This document shows positions 60,704 through 64,000 of a stretch of 64,000 bases of DNA, piece after piece (position 1 is the first letter of the stretch; each line of letters begins with the position of its first letter). The position numbers and the translations under genes are program-made. The notes under the pieces are model-generated. The model was given only the letters and a program-made list of their open reading frames with translations. It was not told where the DNA came from and did no database searches. The DNA is from Macrostomum hystrix (taxonomy: Eukaryota > Animalia > Platyhelminthes): contig CATNEN010000004.1 of the NCBI GenBank assembly GCA_950097015.1, positions 274,918 through 338,917 on the forward strand, in the 5' to 3' direction.

Positions 60704-63484
60704 TTTATATACTAAAATTCAAAACTATATTTCTATCTATCTATCTATATATATATACGAAAAATTGATTTTCTCCCGAACGGCTCAACCGATTTTCACC
60801 ATTTCTTCACCAAAAGATGCCAAATATGGGGACAATTATACACGTATTTTTATTAAGCTTAACTTTATTGCTAAGGGGATTAAATATTCGAAAAACATGA
60901 TTTTTCAAAGGTCAAACCATCTTGGCCTATTGAGAATTTCACTGACAGCCACTGAGTTAGAATTGCATCGTCGAATTGCGCAACAACCCCTAGCTGATTG
61001 AATTTGAAGCCTGCACTCTGGAGACAAATTAGAAATAAATGTACACAACCAACCGCGAGACTGAGTGTACTCTATTTTCTTACTTCATTGTACAAAGCCA
61101 GAACTTTGAAAATTCATTTTATAAGGCTGATTTTTGCACCCACTAACCAAAAGTCGGAATAGCCGATGTGTAGGCACCAGGAATAAGTTAGGCTAGGCTA
61201 GGGTTCGATTCTGCACTGCGTCAAATCATTTAGACTAATTTTCAGCCAGTAGTGATTGAAGATTATTTTAATTTATTTTTTTCATTTCGTAAATAAAAAA
61301 TCATAAATCATAGCAAATCTGAGTTTGAATCATGGCTAAACCAGATTTTGAATCATGGCTAAATCAGAGTTTGAATCATGGCAAAGCCAGAGTTTGAATC
61401 ATAGCTAACTAGAGTTTGAATCAAGGCTAAACCAGAGTTTGAATCATGGCTAACCCAGAGTTTGAATCATGGCTAAACCAGAGTTTGAATCATGGTAAAG
61501 CCAGAGTTTGAATCATAGCTAACTAGAGTTTGAATCAAGGCTAAACCAGAGTTTGAATCATGGTAAAGCCAGAGTTTGAATCATGGCTAAACCAGGGTTT
61601 GAATCATAGCTAAACCAGAGTCTGAATCATGGCTAACCCAGAGTTTGAATCATGGCTAAACCAGAGTTTGAATCATGGTAAAGCCAGAGTTTGAATCATA
61701 GCTAACTAGAGTTTGAATCAAGGCTAAACCAGAGTTTGAATCATGGCTAAACCAGAGTCTGAATCATGGCTAAACCAGGGTTTGAATCATAGCTAAACCA
61801 GAGTCTGAATCATGGCTAAACCAGGGTTTGAATGAAGGCAAAAAATTTTTTTTGTCATTGTATCGAATTCTCTAACTTTTGATTTTGTTATCTTATAACA
61901 TCATAATGATATTCAATTAATTCATTTATTTGTTGTTCTCAATTTTCTACAAAAGCAGCTAATATAAATATTCAACTGGCAAAAATTGTCAACTGAGGAT
62001 CATTATCAATAGGGAGTAATCATCAAATGAGGGATCATGGTCAACTGGGGGATCATCATCAATGGGGATTGTCATCAAATCTGGGATCATGGTCAACTGG
62101 GGGATCATTATCAATGGGGATTGTCATCAAATCTGGGATCATTGTCAACTGGGGGATCATTGTCAACGGGGGGAACATTGTCAACTGGGGATCATCATCA
62201 ATGGGGATTATCATCAAATCGGGGATCATGGTCAAATGGGGGATCATCATCAACTGGGGGATCATTGTCAACGGGGGGAACATTGTCCACTGGGGATCAT
62301 CATCAATGGGGATTGTCATCAAATCTGGGATCATTGTCAACTGGGGGATCATTGTCAACGGGGGGAACATTGTCAACTGGGGGATCATTGTCAACTGGGG
62401 ATCATCATCAATGGGGATTATCATCAAATAGGGGATCATGGTCAACTGGGGGATCATGGTCAACTGGGGGATCATGGTCAACTGGGGGATCATTGTCAAC
62501 TGGGGATCATTGTCATCTGGGGATCATTTTCAACTGGGGATCATTGTCAACGGGGGGAACATTGTCAACTGGTGATCATCATCAATGGGGATTATCATCA
62601 AATAGGGAATCATGGTCAACTGGGGGATCATGGTCAACTGGGGGATCATGGTCAACTGGGGGATCATTGTCAACTGGGGATCATTGTCATCTGGGGGATC
62701 ATTTTCAACTGGGGGATCATTGTCTACTGGGGATCATGGTCAACTGGGGATCATTGTCAACTGGGGGATCATCATCAACTGGGGGATCATTGTCAACGGG
62801 GGGAACATTGTCAACTGGGGATCATCATCAATGGGGATTGTCATCAAATCTGGGATCATTGTCAACTGGGGGATCATTGTCAACGGGGGGAACATTGTCA
62901 ACTGGGGGATCATTGTCAACTGGGGATCATCATCAATGGGGATTATCATCAAATAGGGGATCATGGTCAACTGGGGGATCATGGTCAACTGGGGGATCAT
63001 GGTCAACTGGGGGATCATGGTCAACTGGGGGATCATTGTCAACTGGGGATCATTTTCAACTGGGGATCATTGTCAACGGGGGGAACATTGTCAACTGGTG
63101 ATCATCATCAATGGGGATTATCATCAAATAGGGAATCATGGTCAACTGGGGGATCATGGTCAACTGGGGGATCATGGTCAACTGGGGGATCATTGTCAAC
63201 TGGGGATCATTGTCATCTGGGGGATCATTTTCAACTGGGGGATCATTGTCTACTGGGGATCATGGTCAACTGGGGATCATTGTCAACTGGGGGATCATTG
63301 TTAACTGGGGGATCATTGTCAACTGGGGTATCATTGCCAACTGGGGGATCAATCTCATCTGGGGGATCAATGTCATCTGGGGGATCATTGTAGCTTTAAA
63401 AAGCTGTAAATTCAGCTGCTTAAAAGTATATACTAGACGAATTAAAATTATTTCTGCTCCCCGAAGGGGGGCAAAACTTGCTAG
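60704..63484 (+). mobile_element. Long Helitron, copy 6
   Basis: Ends hairpin+CTAG at 63484; followed by short Helitrons at 63485-63824 and 63825-edge. Confidence 0.82.
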
Positions 63485-64000
63485 TCTAATATACTAAAAA
63501 TGAAAATCTTGTATGTTTGTATGTTTGTATGTTTGCAATCGACTAGCTCCCGAACGGCTCAACCGATTTTCGCAATTCCTTCGCCAAAAGATCACAAATG
63601 GGCCGGAATCGGTACACGTATTTTTATTAAGCTTAATTCCATTGCCAAGGGGATTAAATATTCGAAAAACTGTTTTAAATAGGCTTTTCTAATGCATTAT
63701 TGTTTTCAGCTTGTGCACAGTGAGGCCTCCAGTGCCAATTTTTATGATTGCATCAGAGCCAGTTTTGATAACGAACTGATAAGAACTCCAGTGAGGCTAC
63801 CCAGAGGGTAGCGAAGGCAGCTAGTCTAATATACTAAAAATGAAAATCTTGCTTGCTTGCAATCGACTGGCTCCCGAACGGCTCAACCGATTTTCACAAT
63901 TCCTTCGCCAAAAGATCACAAATGGGCCCGAATCGGTACACGTATTTTTTTAAGCTTAATTCCATTGCCAAGGGGATGTAATATTCGAAAAACTGTTTAA

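Larger units (their letters stand above)
41023..64000 (+). mobile_element. Tandem/nested array of non-autonomous Helitrons (long minisatellite-bearing and short about 330-bp types)
   Basis: 5' TC(C/T)A(C/A)TATACTAAAA or TTTATATACTAAAA heads with a (CTTG)n microsatellite. Two 3' ends, hairpin GCTCCCCGAAGGGGGGC+CTAG and GCTACCCAGAGGGTAGC+CTAG, each followed by T. A|T insertion sites. No RepHel ORF. Confidence 0.88.

Noticed and set aside
42415-63497. GDHCQL / GGSLST / GIIVNW repeat ORFs up to 450 aa
   Set aside because: Three frames of the 18-bp minisatellite; not genes.

Overview
Eukaryotic (metazoan) genomic DNA rich in minisatellites and transposons. The style suggests a flatworm such as Macrostomum, but that is inference only. 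Host genes: a two-exon Src-family kinase (10234-12054, +), a two-exon Rab7 (17202-18211, -), a very large ankyrin-repeat/TRP-channel gene (about 33032-40552, -; one 100-bp intron, two +1 frameshifts) and a small ankyrin/caspase-like remnant (about 6.2-6.6 kb). Mobile elements: two divergent I-group (LOA/Lian-like) non-LTR retrotransposons (one cut by the left window edge, one full length with a 12-bp TSD nested in the TIR of a Tc1/IS630-type DNA transposon), an internally deleted Ty3/Gypsy element with both LTRs and a 5-bp TSD, a tRNA-derived SINE with a 15-bp TSD, and a 23-kb head-to-tail/nested array of non-autonomous Helitrons carrying 23-bp and 18-bp minisatellites (41023-64000). Most notable: both LINEs begin with a sequence that fits every element of an HDV/CPEB3-type self-cleaving ribozyme, with G1 exactly at the insertion junction. 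This 5' module is about 95% identical between two elements whose proteins are only about half identical. The TRP gene also has an unusual architecture, with roughly 30 or more ankyrin repeats fused to a TRPM-like channel. All alignments and folds were done by eye.
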